A stretch of 41,433 bases of DNA from contig NC_068987.1 of the NCBI RefSeq assembly GCF_001194135.2, positions 41,364,758-41,406,190 of the forward strand. The letters are read 5' to 3'. Positions within the stretch are counted from its first letter, which is position 1. Each line of letters starts with the position of its first letter. The stretch is from Octopus bimaculoides. Lineage: Eukaryota. The notes under the pieces were generated by a model. The model saw only the letters and a program-made list of their open reading frames with translations. It searched no databases and was not told the DNA's origin. A program made the translations under genes and the position numbers. This document shows, piece by piece, positions 12,355-23,209 of the stretch.

Positions 12355-13167
12355 ATACACCTTACGCTGATTCTTAACGTAAGTTAACATTCAGAACTTA
12401 TATTATAATAATAATTTTCAATACACCCTAAGCCACATATAAATCAACATTTCAAGCTATGTATTATCATATAAACTTAGGAGCATATGAAAAAAATTAT
12501 ATTGTTCTATTCTACATACTAACATAAAACATAGGAGAATTTGTACTTATCTAAGTTGTATATGTACACACACACACGTGTGTGCATGTTTCAAATATTT
12601 TGAGGTCTTAAATTATACTTTTATGTGTTTTGGCAATATATATGTTTGGTTTTGTTTAATTTACTAATTCATTTTTCTGAAGTACAATATTATCATTGAC
12701 ATGTGTCATTGTGACTAACAAGTTGATTGGCAATTATGATAGTATAATAATAATAAAAATCTTTTCTACTATAGGCACAAGGCCTGAAATTTTAGGGGAG
12801 GGGCTAGTGAATTACATCAACCCCAAATGAATGGAAGGCAAAGTTGGTCTTGGCTGAATTTAACTTAAAAATGTAAAGCCAGAATAAATGCTGCTAAGCA
12901 TTTTCCCAAATATTACATTATATTCTTAAATAATAAGAGACAGAGTCAAAAATGAAAATCTGCACAAGTACCCGTATAAAATTTTCCACTGCCCACTTTG
13001 AGAAACACTGACATAAAGAAACAGAAATAAAAGCCAAAATATAACATAAAAAATATAAAATGAGTAGAAAGCAAAATATTTTTGAAACAAAATTTATTTG
13101 TAAAAAGCAGCAAAAACAAGAGAAAGATGAAAAAAAGATTAAAATAAAACCTGCTCCATTGACTTAC

Positions 13168-13350
13168 TTGTGAATTTGTACAATATCTGTCAGCTTCAAG
13201 TTGGCAACAGTGTCTCCAAATAACAAAACAAAATCATTACGAATCAGTGCTCGATTGTCGATATCTCGCATTGCATCCCCAAGAGAGTAACATCCTTTCA
13301 AGATGACTACAGTCACAATCAGTGAAGATTTCTTATACCAACCTGCATCT
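13168..13350 (-). CDS. EIF2B5: eIF2B epsilon exon 3, 183 nt (DAGWYKKSSLIVTVVILKGCYSLGDAMRDIDNRALIRNDFVLLFGDTVANLKLTDIVQIHK)
   Basis: SLGDAMRDID..ALIRNDFVLLFGD motif. Acceptor ttttgtttag|A, donor AA|GTAAGT. Phase 2 at both ends. Confidence 0.95.
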
Positions 13351-14259
13351 CTAAACAAAATAATAGTAATAATAATGGTTTCAAATTTTTTGCACAAGGC
13401 CAGAAGTTTTAGTTGGATGGGGGAGGAGAGTAGTCAATACCATCCACCCCCAGTACTTGACTTATTTTATCAACCCCATAAAGATGAAATGCACAACTGA
13501 CTCAGTAACATTTGAACTCAAAATGTAAAGCTGGAAGAAATGCCACTAAGCATTTTATCCAATGCACTAACAATTCTACAAACATGCTGTCTTCATAATA
13601 TTACTAATGATAATATTGCTCCTAATTTAGGTACAAGGTTAGCTATTTTGAGAGAGAAAGTTAGTCAATAATATCAACCACAGTACTTAAGAGGCACTAT
13701 ATCATAGGTTCTCCATGAGATTTGAACACAAAAAGTAAAGAGAATAAATATCATACAGAACTTTGTCCAGTACTCTAAAATAATTCTGCCAATCAACCGC
13801 TCAAAAATAACAGCTTCTAATTTAGGCACAAGACCAATAGTTAGGAGAAGAGAGGGCAAGTTGATTACAGTCAAGTACCAGTATTAGAATGGTACTTTAT
13901 TCTATTGACTCCAGAGGGATGAAGACAAAGTTGACCACAGAAGGATTTGAATTCAAATCAAAGTGCTGGGACAAAAAATAATAATACTAGTAATTTAGGC
14001 ACAAAGCCAGCAATTTTGATGGGGTGGTGAATTAGCCAGTACCATTGATCCCAATGGTAACTAATAAAGATTGAAAAGCAAAACTGATCTCAGCAGAATT
14101 TAAATTAAGAATATAAAGAACTAGAACAAATACAAGGTATTTTTTATGATGCTCTGATTCTACCAGCCTGCCACCTTTAATAATGGTTTCTAATTTAGGC
14201 ACAAGACCAGCATTTTTTGAAGAGAAGTGTTAATCAGTACCACTGACCTCAGTGCTTAA

Positions 14260-14493
14260 CCCTCTTGATACCAACCTGGCTGAAACCGACTCTGGCTTTT
14301 GTATTACAGATGTCTTGTTTTCAAAAGTTCTGAATTAAAATCTTCCACCAAACCTTAGTCACAATTTATGTTCTTAACACTAGCTTAATGATAACTATTT
14401 TACTAAATCTTATTTTACTAAATTCTTTGTTATATTTAAAATTAATTGAAAGAAACCCAAAGCATCTTCACAGAAATACAGTAACAAAAGAGG
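14260..14493. mobile_element. piggyBac-type MITE inserted at a TTAA inside a SINE
   Basis: TTAA|CCCTCTTGATACCAACCTGG ... GAAATACAGTAACAAAAGAGG. The SINE sequence resumes on the other side. Confidence 0.75.
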
Positions 14494-16484
14494 CAATCAA
14501 AGCTTTACCATATCAAACTCAAAGAAAAGCTGACCCCTGCAAGATTTGAACTCGGGTGATAAAAAGTCAGAATAAATATTGCAACGTATTGTATCTGACT
14601 TCATAAATCATCCCCACCATCATTCTAATGTCTGTTTTCCATGCTTGTATGGATCAGATGGAATTTATTGGGACAGATTTTCTAGTCCTTCCTATTGCTG
14701 ATCTTCACCTGTACCCAAGTAGAGTAATATTTCTCTATGGTCAGAATGTTTCCCAGGAAAACTGGAAATTCCTTGTTTGATGACGACGATGTTCATTTAC
14801 ATCAATTGCTTGATGTCAAGATAGGTGGACAACACACACACACACACATATATATGACAGGTATCTTTCAGTTACCATCTAGCAAATCCACTCACTAAGA
14901 CTTTGATCAGCTCAGGTCTCAATGCCCTAAATAATAATGATTTTGAAATTTTGGCACAAGGCCATCAAGCCTGAGAGAAGGGGAAAGTTGATTGTATTGA
15001 CCCCAGTTTTCAACTGGTATTCTTTTTATTAACCCACAAAAGATGAAAAGTAAAGTCGACTTTGGCAGAATTTGAACTCAGACAAAATGCCACAAAGCAC
15101 TTTGCCCGGTATGTTAATGATTCAACCAGCTTACCGCCTTAATAATATTAATGATGCAGTACCAGGCAGTGGCTCTCATAGTAACCAACTGAAAGTGGTA
15201 ACATGTACAGGTTTTGTCTTGGTATAAAAGATGGGCTACATACAGCAAATATTCTGATCAATAGCACAGATTTGTTTGTCAGTTGCTTGACCATAACTAG
15301 TTTGCACATGTCCCTTAGTGGCTGACAATATGTGCATCTCTGATCATGAGCAGAAATAGTGAAGGAGCATTATAGCCATGTGTTCAGAGGAATTCTTAGG
15401 AGTTTCAATAATTTGCCACTGGAAACACGGGTGTTTTATTCATCATCCTTAAACAACCCTTATTCAAGGACCTTTTGAGCACATGGGCTACTCAACCTGA
15501 AGAAAATTCTAACTGGGCTCCACTGGCAAGGTCATGCACTGTTTATGTTTATATGAGATTATCATGTTGTACACACATGGTTGTGATGCATGTGACTGGT
15601 GTACCCTTATCAGATGGGTATATTGAGTCAATATATTTGCACCCTAGTGTCACTTTGATGGCATGCATTGTTCCCTCACTCAATAATAATTATGTTTGCA
15701 AGAAGACTTTTAAGCAATACAAATGAGAAGTTTGGCAGAATATAAAAGGTGATGCTGATAAATAAATGCCATAACCATACATAACTTGCTTAACTTCTCA
15801 CCCGCATTGCTTATACTTCTTGAAAATGTTTACGTCATTTACACATTACATTACATAATGCATCAAGCAACTTGCAATACTCTTTTAATAACAGTAGTTT
15901 CTGATTTAGGCACAAGGCCAGCATTTTTGAGGGGAAGGGAATTAGCTGGCAATATTGAAGACTGGTGACTGGTACTTTATTTCATCAACTCCAAAATAAA
16001 AGATAAAGTTGACTTCAGCAGTAATAATTATTAGCACAACATTAAAATATAGTAGTATAGTAGTGTAGTAAAGCAGTATAAGTAATATACTCAATAATAG
16101 TGACCGCCAGTGAAAGACAATCACAAAAAAACATCAATTGAGATAAATCTGGTATTTTGGGCAATTTGTTACGTTTACAATATTGTTCATTGTTTAGTTT
16201 CCAAATTAGCTCAGATTGACACACTAAGATCAAAGGAATTCAAGCGCTAATCATCCAGTCTTTGTCTAAGAAATCAGCACTTCACAGATTATATCAACAA
16301 CCACCTCCGTTTTTATGTTGGAAATGAAGATATGGTTAATAAAATCTAATATATACTGCTGGCATAGTTGTGTTGCGTAGCTGAGAAGTTTGCTTTACAA
16401 TGACGTAGCTTCATGTGCAGTCCCACTGCACAGCAGACCAAATCTTTGAAAGAGGATTTAGTAGGTAGAAACTGACAGAAACAC

Positions 16485-16528
<44 letters not shown>

Positions 16529-16911
16529 CGTGTGTGTGCGCGCATGTGTGTGTGTGCATGCATGTGTTCACGTCCCCTTGTTTTGACATTGAATGCTGGT
16601 TATAAAGTGGTGTCATTCATTTGTAGTCTTCCATGAAAACATTTCCAGCTATTGAGGTGTTTCTGTTTGAAAGATTAGGACAGATATAACCTTCCTTGAA
16701 AAGTCTACCCCAATGAATTTAACCAACCCATGAAAGTATGAACATTAAAATGAAGATGTGAGGAAGTGGAGAGAATGTGAGAGCTGGAGGAGGAGGATGG
16801 CCATGTCTTTAGCAGCACCCCTTCTCCTAACAAAGAGAATCTTCATGGACTGATGTTATTTAGAAAGAATTTACATCAATAATAATTCCATGCAATATTT
16901 CTAATACATAC

Positions 16912-17036
16912 CGTAGGTACTCATCAATTTGGTTGAAGTGGCTACTGCAAAAGACAAAGATTTCTTCAATCCCTGCTGCAGCAAGAAATTCAAGACTATA
17001 CTCAATCAATGGTATATTTACTAATGGCAACAAAAC
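16912..17036 (-). CDS. EIF2B5: eIF2B epsilon exon 2, 125 nt (VLLPLVNIPLIEYSLEFLAAAGIEEIFVFCSSHFNQIDEYLR); absent from the ORF track
   Basis: Translated by hand. Acceptor ttttaacag|GTT, donor CG|GTATGT. In frame with exons 1 and 3, and resembles human [30 protein letters not shown]. Confidence 0.95.
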
Positions 17037-17994
17037 CTGTTAAAAGACACAAAAAATAAAAAATTATGTATCATTACTAGTGTTTCAAACACTTAAAGTG
17101 TATCTCATTTATTCTTAATCAAAATGAATTTTGACATTTGACAAATGGTGTCCTTCAACTGTAAGATTCATGTGGGTGTGTCTGTTTGCATTTTATGCAC
17201 AAAGCAGCATGAATCAGAAGAAATGGAAAATTTTTAATATTATAATACTTCACTGTAGGTTAAATAAGAGTTTAAATACATTCTTTCTTATAGATGTGGG
17301 GTGTTTTCTGATGAATCATTTCATTGTTTGTTATTTATTTACCAGTTTACTTTGCTAATCAATAGCATAGAATGATCAGCTGCTACATAAAGCTGTAGTA
17401 AATCAGATTGGTACAGTAAAGCTACATTTATTCTGAAACAAGAATATTATTTACAGTGACTTCAAAGTTTTGGCCAGCTAAGCCATCATTGTACCACAAT
17501 ACATTGAAGTTAACCTTGGCTGTATATAGTCTCTGCTAACTTAAAATTTTCCTTGTGTGAGTTTGAGTAGAGTGGTAATTAGGTTGTAGGGTGGGTTGTG
17601 ATATAGAGGTGTTCTGGAGAAATTGTTAGTGATAAAATTTGGGTTATGTTATTGCTTACAATTTGTTGTTGCATGTAGAACTTTGCAAGAGTGTATATTT
17701 AGGTGTGTCCCTTTCAGGGCATGGGATTGTTTTAAGTGGTTCACAAAAAGGACGTAGATAGGTCCTACGATATGCCAGTCTCTTCTTCTTAGGCCTCATG
17801 ATTCCTCGAGGAACATAGAACCACTTTGCGGTTTCTGTAACAGGTATGTTTTTTACAAAACAGAGTTGTTAGCGCAATGCTAAACCTACAACATGGAGGG
17901 CCAGTTGAGTACTCTTCGACTGCTCTCTACCCTTCAAATTGTCTGGATTGGGTGGCCCTACAAGGAGACAAATCTCCCGCCAGCATAGCTCTCA

Positions 17995-18400
17995 TGGAGT
18001 GGCTGTGTGGTAAGTAGCTTGCTTACCAACCACATGGTTCTGGGATCAGCCTCACTGCATGGCACCTTGGGCAAGTGTCTTCCACTATAGCCTCAGGCAG
18101 ACCAAAGCCTTGTGAGTGGATTTGGTAATGGAAACTGAAAGAAGCCCATCGTATATGTATATACATATATATATATGCATGTGTGTGTGTGTGTGTGTGT
18201 GTNNNNNNNNNNNNNNNNGTGTGTTAGCGTGTCAGTATTTGTCTCCCCAATGTTGTTTGACAACCAATGCTAGTGTGTGTACATCCCCGTAACTAAGCAG
18301 TTCGCCAGAAGGGAATGATAGAATGAGCAATAGGCTTACAAGGAATGAATCTTTGGTTCAATTTCCTCGACTAAAAGTGGTGCTCCAGCATGGCGACAGT
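17995..18400 (+). mobile_element. tRNA-derived SINE with an internal (TG)n tract; decayed relatives at ~16370-16760, 14605-14920 (-) and 20100-20245
   Basis: A-box-like TGGCTGTGTGG and B-box-like GGTTCTGGGATC. Shared CCAAAGCCTTGTGAGTGGATTTGGTA and TTGACAACCAATG blocks. Confidence 0.7.
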
Positions 18401-18450
18401 CAAATAACTCAAACAAATCAGAGAAAAAGACAAAATATATATATATATAT

Positions 18451-18581
18451 AGTGAGAATTTACAAAAAAACAAAAGGTGAAGACGGGTGTGTAAACAACA
18501 AACAGATGTATTAGTTTAACGCTCGGAAAGTGAGGAAGTCTTTTACATTTCGAGCCTATGCTCTTCGACAGAAAGGAATAC
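18451..18581 (-). repeat. Third copy of the Penelope-like/hammerhead-bearing repeat
   Basis: Homologous to 10553-10680 and preceded by (TA)n. Confidence 0.8.
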
Positions 18582-18587
18582 AATATA

Positions 18588-19706
18588 TCTATATACTAGC
18601 TGGTGTACCCGGTAATTCCTAAAGTGAAAAGATGTTCTATTGAAACACCTTATTACTCTGATATAAGAAAGCAATTTCGTTATAACTGCCTCAAAAGGTG
18701 TATTTTCCATCACAAAAATGTACAAAAAACTGTCAGCTAGAGAAGAGAGATTGTTAAAGGTTGCTGAGAGAGGTTTTTGGAGGTTGACGGGGGTTGGCGA
18801 GAGGCAAAGACATTGTTCTGGTTAGCGATGGCATCTGGGAAATATATAACTGCTGTCATACACAGAAAAACTATTGTTTTACCATGAGGAAAGCACTGTT
18901 GAAGTGTTAAGTGAAATTTGGCAATCGAGGATCAAATCCACGCTATGCCTGCATGAAGCCATTACAAATACGTAGTGGAATAAAAAGTTTATCTACTGTC
19001 ATGGAGAAAGTGTAACTGTAATAATGCAGAATTATCGGAGTAATAGACATTCAAAAAAATATGTATGTATAGAAATGTATGAATGAATGAAGTCTTTAAG
19101 GTTTAAGATTCAAATTAAGGAAGTGCAATAATCATGTTTAGCAGTTCAAAACTGTGAGTAGTGAAATGCAGAATTAGGTCAGCTGATCATGAGAATAAAA
19201 TATTCATCGCTTTGCTAAAATCTCAGGTGGTATCAGTTATTTCCCTTGGGATGTTTAAATAAAATATTAGTAATATGTACTAAATAGAAGGATCCATTGG
19301 AAGGGCCCTATTATTGATTTTTTTCAACAATCTAAGTATGTTATGAGGTTTCCAGACACGAGTTCTACTTAAGTTTCAAATAAAGTATAAAAGTGATGTT
19401 ATCTGCAAAAAATTAGAAATAAGCAACACAAAAAAATCAATATTCAAAGCAATTGAACATAGACAATGAAATGGGTTCTTTCCCTTGAGTGTTTGAAAAA
19501 GATATTGTGCAAGTGCTATGGGCTATTTCCCTTGGGTGTTTAAAAAAATTTACTTATATGATGTAGACATAAAGGTCCTTTCCAGGGGCCGTATTATCGA
19601 TTTTTTTCAACAATCGAAGTATGTCACAGGCTTTCTAGATATGAATTCTACTCAAGTGTGTCAAGTTTCATCAAAATCAATAAAACGATGTAGGAGGAGT
19701 TAGCTA
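18588..19706 (+). mobile_element. Probable non-autonomous Helitron/Helentron-like element
   Basis: Starts TCTATATACTAGC..TACCCGG. Internal direct repeats at ~19290-19385 and ~19575-19670. CAAGTTTCATCAAAATC..AGGAGGAGTT subterminal motif just before the gap. Confidence 0.45.
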
Positions 19707-20853
19707 NNNNNNNNNNNNNNNNNNNNNNNNNNNNNNNNNNNNNNNNNNNNNNNNNNNNNNNNNNNNNNNNNNNNNNNNNNNNNNNNNNNNNNNNNNNNNN
19801 NNNNNNGCCAGATCAGATTGGAGCCTGGTGCAGCCATCTGGTTCGCCAGTCCTCAAGTCAAATCGTTCAACCCATGCTAGCATGGAAAACAGATGTTAAA
19901 CAATGATGATGAATATACATGTGTATAGAAATATATAATCTCTTAATCTAATATATATATATATATATATTAATCTAAAATATATACATATGTAAAATCT
20001 ATCACACTATATTTCTCCATTCTTAATTTTCTGTTAATTTCTTTCTTTCTTCTCCTCTAAATTTCCCTTGATGTTAAATCTATTAACAGTTTTCTAAAAA
20101 AACTAACTTGAAAGAAGCCTGTTGTATATGTATATATATGTGTGTGTGTGTTTGTGTATCTGTGTTGGCACCACCACCATCGCTTGACAACCAATGTTGG
20201 TGTGCTTACGTGACCATAACTTAGCAGTTCGGCAAAACAGACTTCGCGAGAGCGCATTTTTTGTTTTTTCCATATTCGTTCAGAGCAAGTCGTTTTACAT
20301 CTATTACAGTATTTTTCTTTTTTTTTTGGCTCTGGTGAGGCGTCTTGGAACATTCACGATGTGAGTGTTCCGAGCCCCCCCCCCCCCAGTTCGCGAGCGC
20401 ACATTTTTTGTCTTCATATTCGTTCCCAGCAAGTTGTTTTACACCTATTAGAATATTTCATTTTTTTTTTTCCCACCGGGTCAAACGCTTTAGTTTGACC
20501 CAAATTCCTATATAATCAAAACCTACACTATCTGAAGCACATATGAAGAAAACTTTGCGAAGAAATAAAGCCGATATGGGAATTTTTCGAAACTCCTCTC
20601 CCCACTGTTCGGAAAATTTTTTCCAAAAAAATTCTCAAGTAATCGGAATCTACACCGTATGAAGAATATATGTAGAATATTTTATAGAAAAATATTCATT
20701 TTTCTGAAAGTTATGATTAAACAAATTCGAGGGGACACACTTGTTTACGAATGCCTACAAAGTAACGTACAGTTTATCGGAGATTTGGCTGTTATTTCTA
20801 GCATGTGGAGAGACTGCTAAAAGGCCTATTTAATGCGCGGGTTACATTCGGCA

Positions 20854-21780
20854 GAGGGGTACTATTCAAGAAGGGTGGTCCCGATATGCGCACTCGCGCA
20901 TCCGTGCTAGCTAGTCGTGACTTGTCGATCCTACGACTATCTAGTGCAAATGCGTAAATAATTTTTTTTAAACAAAGCAAATAAAACACAAAGTAAATAA
21001 TTTTTTTTTCTTTGTTGAATTTTCCCCATCTTACTCTTAAAACGTCGTTTTACGTTCTTCCAGGGTGCATTTTGGTGTCACATCTATTTCGGTAATCCCA
21101 TTGTACGCACTCCAACAATCAGAATATATAATCGTCCCTGGTTTGATAAATTTTTTAATATTCGTTCATAGCAAGTTGTTTTACACCTATTACACTAATT
21201 TATTATTTTTATTTTTGAGCTCGGATCAAACGCTTTAGTTTGACTGTTATTTCCCTATACTGGAAGATTACCATAAGTTGTTGTGCAGCAGGTACTATGA
21301 TATTCAATCTCGTGTATGATTTATATATAAACAGTTAACTTCAATCACGCGTGTGATTTTATTTATAAACAGCTAAAAAAAAAAAAAACATTTCAGAGTA
21401 GTACGGATAATACTAGTAAGAGGTTAAGTTATTTCCCTTGTATTTTATTTACTTTTTTTACCTCCCGAAACTGGAAGATTACCGTGCCCCAAGTCCACCA
21501 ATTTGGTAGGGGTTACGCAAAAGATAATTACTTGTAAATGTCCCTCATGTACTGATACCAATGAACAATAGTAGATTTTGAAAGACCGACTTTTTAATGG
21601 ACTCTTTACCAAAAACAGGTAGTGTATAATTTATTTACTTTGTTTAGAAAAAAACCCTCATAAATGTTTTGCGCATGACATGCACTGGCGCTAGGTAGTC
21701 ATAGGATCGACTAGTCACGACTCTCTAGCGCGGATGCGCAAGTGCACGCATCGAGACCACTCTTCTTGAATAGTACCCTC
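20854..21780. mobile_element. Non-autonomous TIR DNA transposon (~925 bp, ~100-bp TIRs) in EIF2B5 intron 1
   Basis: GAGGGGTACTATTCAAGAAGGGTGGTC... (20854-20954) is inverted relative to ...GACCACTCTTCTTGAATAGTACCCTC (21672-21780). No clean TSD, so the superfamily (mariner vs Sola) is unresolved. Confidence 0.75.
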
Positions 21781-22148
21781 CGTATTTTTGTACGTATTTA
21801 GCCAAAGAAATTTCTGAAAAAGTGAAAGGTGAAGAAATTGTTGCGGTTAATTGAAATTTTGAAATGCCAATTTTGGGGCAGAAGTAAAGAATACGCACAC
21901 CAGTACGTATTCTTTACCTTCGCCAATTTTTTTTACAGATTCGGAATCTCCATAGCTGAAAACGGGTTTCTGTAGAAAAACACAAACGGAAGCTGGTGTG
22001 GTGACGGCCCACATTGTCCACCGCCATTTGCTTAGTTGGTGTAATTTTTGTAAAGTAATGAACATTTGTGAAAAAAATATATTTTGTCTCACAATCAAAA
22101 ATGCAGTAAAGACTCCACATTGTGCCTCCCACTCCCATAGTAATATTA

Positions 22149-22179
<31 letters not shown>

Positions 22180-22226
22180 ATTCAATAATAGGATGAATTC
22201 TTTTACAAGAATTTATCAAGTAGCTT

Positions 22227-22263
<37 letters not shown>

Positions 22264-22363
22264 TAAAATATTTTTCAAAACAAAAGATAAAATGAAAGCG
22301 ACATGTAAAGAGAAAATCGAAATTAATAATTGCAGTAGAGAAAATAAAAGTTTTGAGGTCTAC

Positions 22364-22483
22364 CCGGGGTACTTCTTCTGTAATTGGTGAAAATCTGTAA
22401 TTAAAACTATCAGCAAGTAAAACAGCTTGAAGTATATCTTCTTGTTTCAGTTCGTCGCGTGCGTTTTTCTGTTTAGGCGCCAT
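22364..22483 (-). CDS. EIF2B5: eIF2B epsilon exon 1 (MAPKQKNARDELKQEDILQAVLLADSFNYRFSPITEEVPR)
   Basis: ATG at 22483. LQAVLLADSF..RF.PIT...PR is the characteristic eIF2B epsilon N-terminus. Phase-0 GT donor at 22363 (CGG|GTAGAC). Confidence 0.95.
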
Positions 22484-22535
22484 CTTGGAATTACTTTAGG
22501 GGAAGTCACTCTCGGAGTGACTCGCCCTAAAATAA
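22484..22535 (-). promoter_or_regulatory. Putative EIF2B5 core promoter/5' UTR with GGAAGT ETS core and an 8-bp palindrome
   Basis: Lies directly upstream of the ATG with local CpG retention. AGTCACTC-TCG-GAGTGACT at 22504-22522. Confidence 0.4.
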
Positions 22536-23209
22536 TTGTGTAGGGTTACAAGATTTGATTTGCTTCAGTGTTCTGAGACTAGGGAAGCAGCGGTAGCTAA
22601 TAATAACGACTCAGATTGCAGTATTCCAACTATGGACGACATTAGGGACACTTTGCTATTATCTGTTGCTCTTTCAGCAATTGATGCTCCAACAGGACAT
22701 CTATGCGGTAGCCCAACTTGCGACAAATAGCAACCAAATCTCCTTCAATTGATACTCTCCTGTCATTGATTGATAAAGAAAGGACGTGTTAGTGTATCTC
22801 AGGCAACAGGGTTGGATTTTAATAAGACAGCAGGGTAATGCCATTAGTAGGATAGATAGGAAGGAGGATGAGAGAAAATAAAATTAAATAGCTATATAAA
22901 ATACAATAGAGGTAGGAGTAGAAGGAGGTTTAATTTTGATGGGTAATAAAAATTTTTGAGGTTCTCAGATATAAAAGCTTTAAAGGTTCGTGGATATAAG
23001 AGTTTAAAAGTTAAAGGACAGCAACTTAAATATAGACTAGCTTGTGATCTACATTCAGAACTTTATAATAAGTTTGCAATTATAATTAGAGGAGTGAGTT
23101 AAACATTTTAAAAATAAAAGAAAAAATTTTATTGATTTTTTTATTTCATACTAGAAACATGAATACTGTAACTATTTGTATACAGCACATAAAAAGATTT
23201 TGCTCATTT

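Larger units (their letters stand above)
12745..16025 (-). mobile_element. Cluster of about 8 tRNA-derived SINE copies, all in the same orientation
   Basis: Recurrent (TAA)n..GGCACAAGGCC..AAAGTYGAC..GAATTTGAACTC at ~12745, 13365, 13610, 13810, 13980, 14180, 14930 and 15885. Same family as 37214-37440. Confidence 0.8.

Noticed and set aside
17785-17995. HDV-like ribozyme in an RTE-type 5' UTR-like fragment
   Set aside because: The sequence resembles a LINE UTR remnant, but I could not assemble the nested double-pseudoknot pairings by eye. A covariance-model search would be needed.
17214-18060. Functional tRNA genes at A/B-box motifs (e.g. 18000-18060, also 37220-37300)
   Set aside because: No cloverleaf; each continues into a SINE body and tail.
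13351-22363. Intronic C/D or H/ACA snoRNAs in EIF2B5 introns 1-2
   Set aside because: No convincing sense-strand box C/D pair with a terminal stem was seen outside repeats.
22536-23030. Divergent head-to-head gene or a NUMT upstream of EIF2B5
   Set aside because: No recognisable protein, tRNA or rRNA motif in any frame; ORFs are short and lack convincing splice signals.
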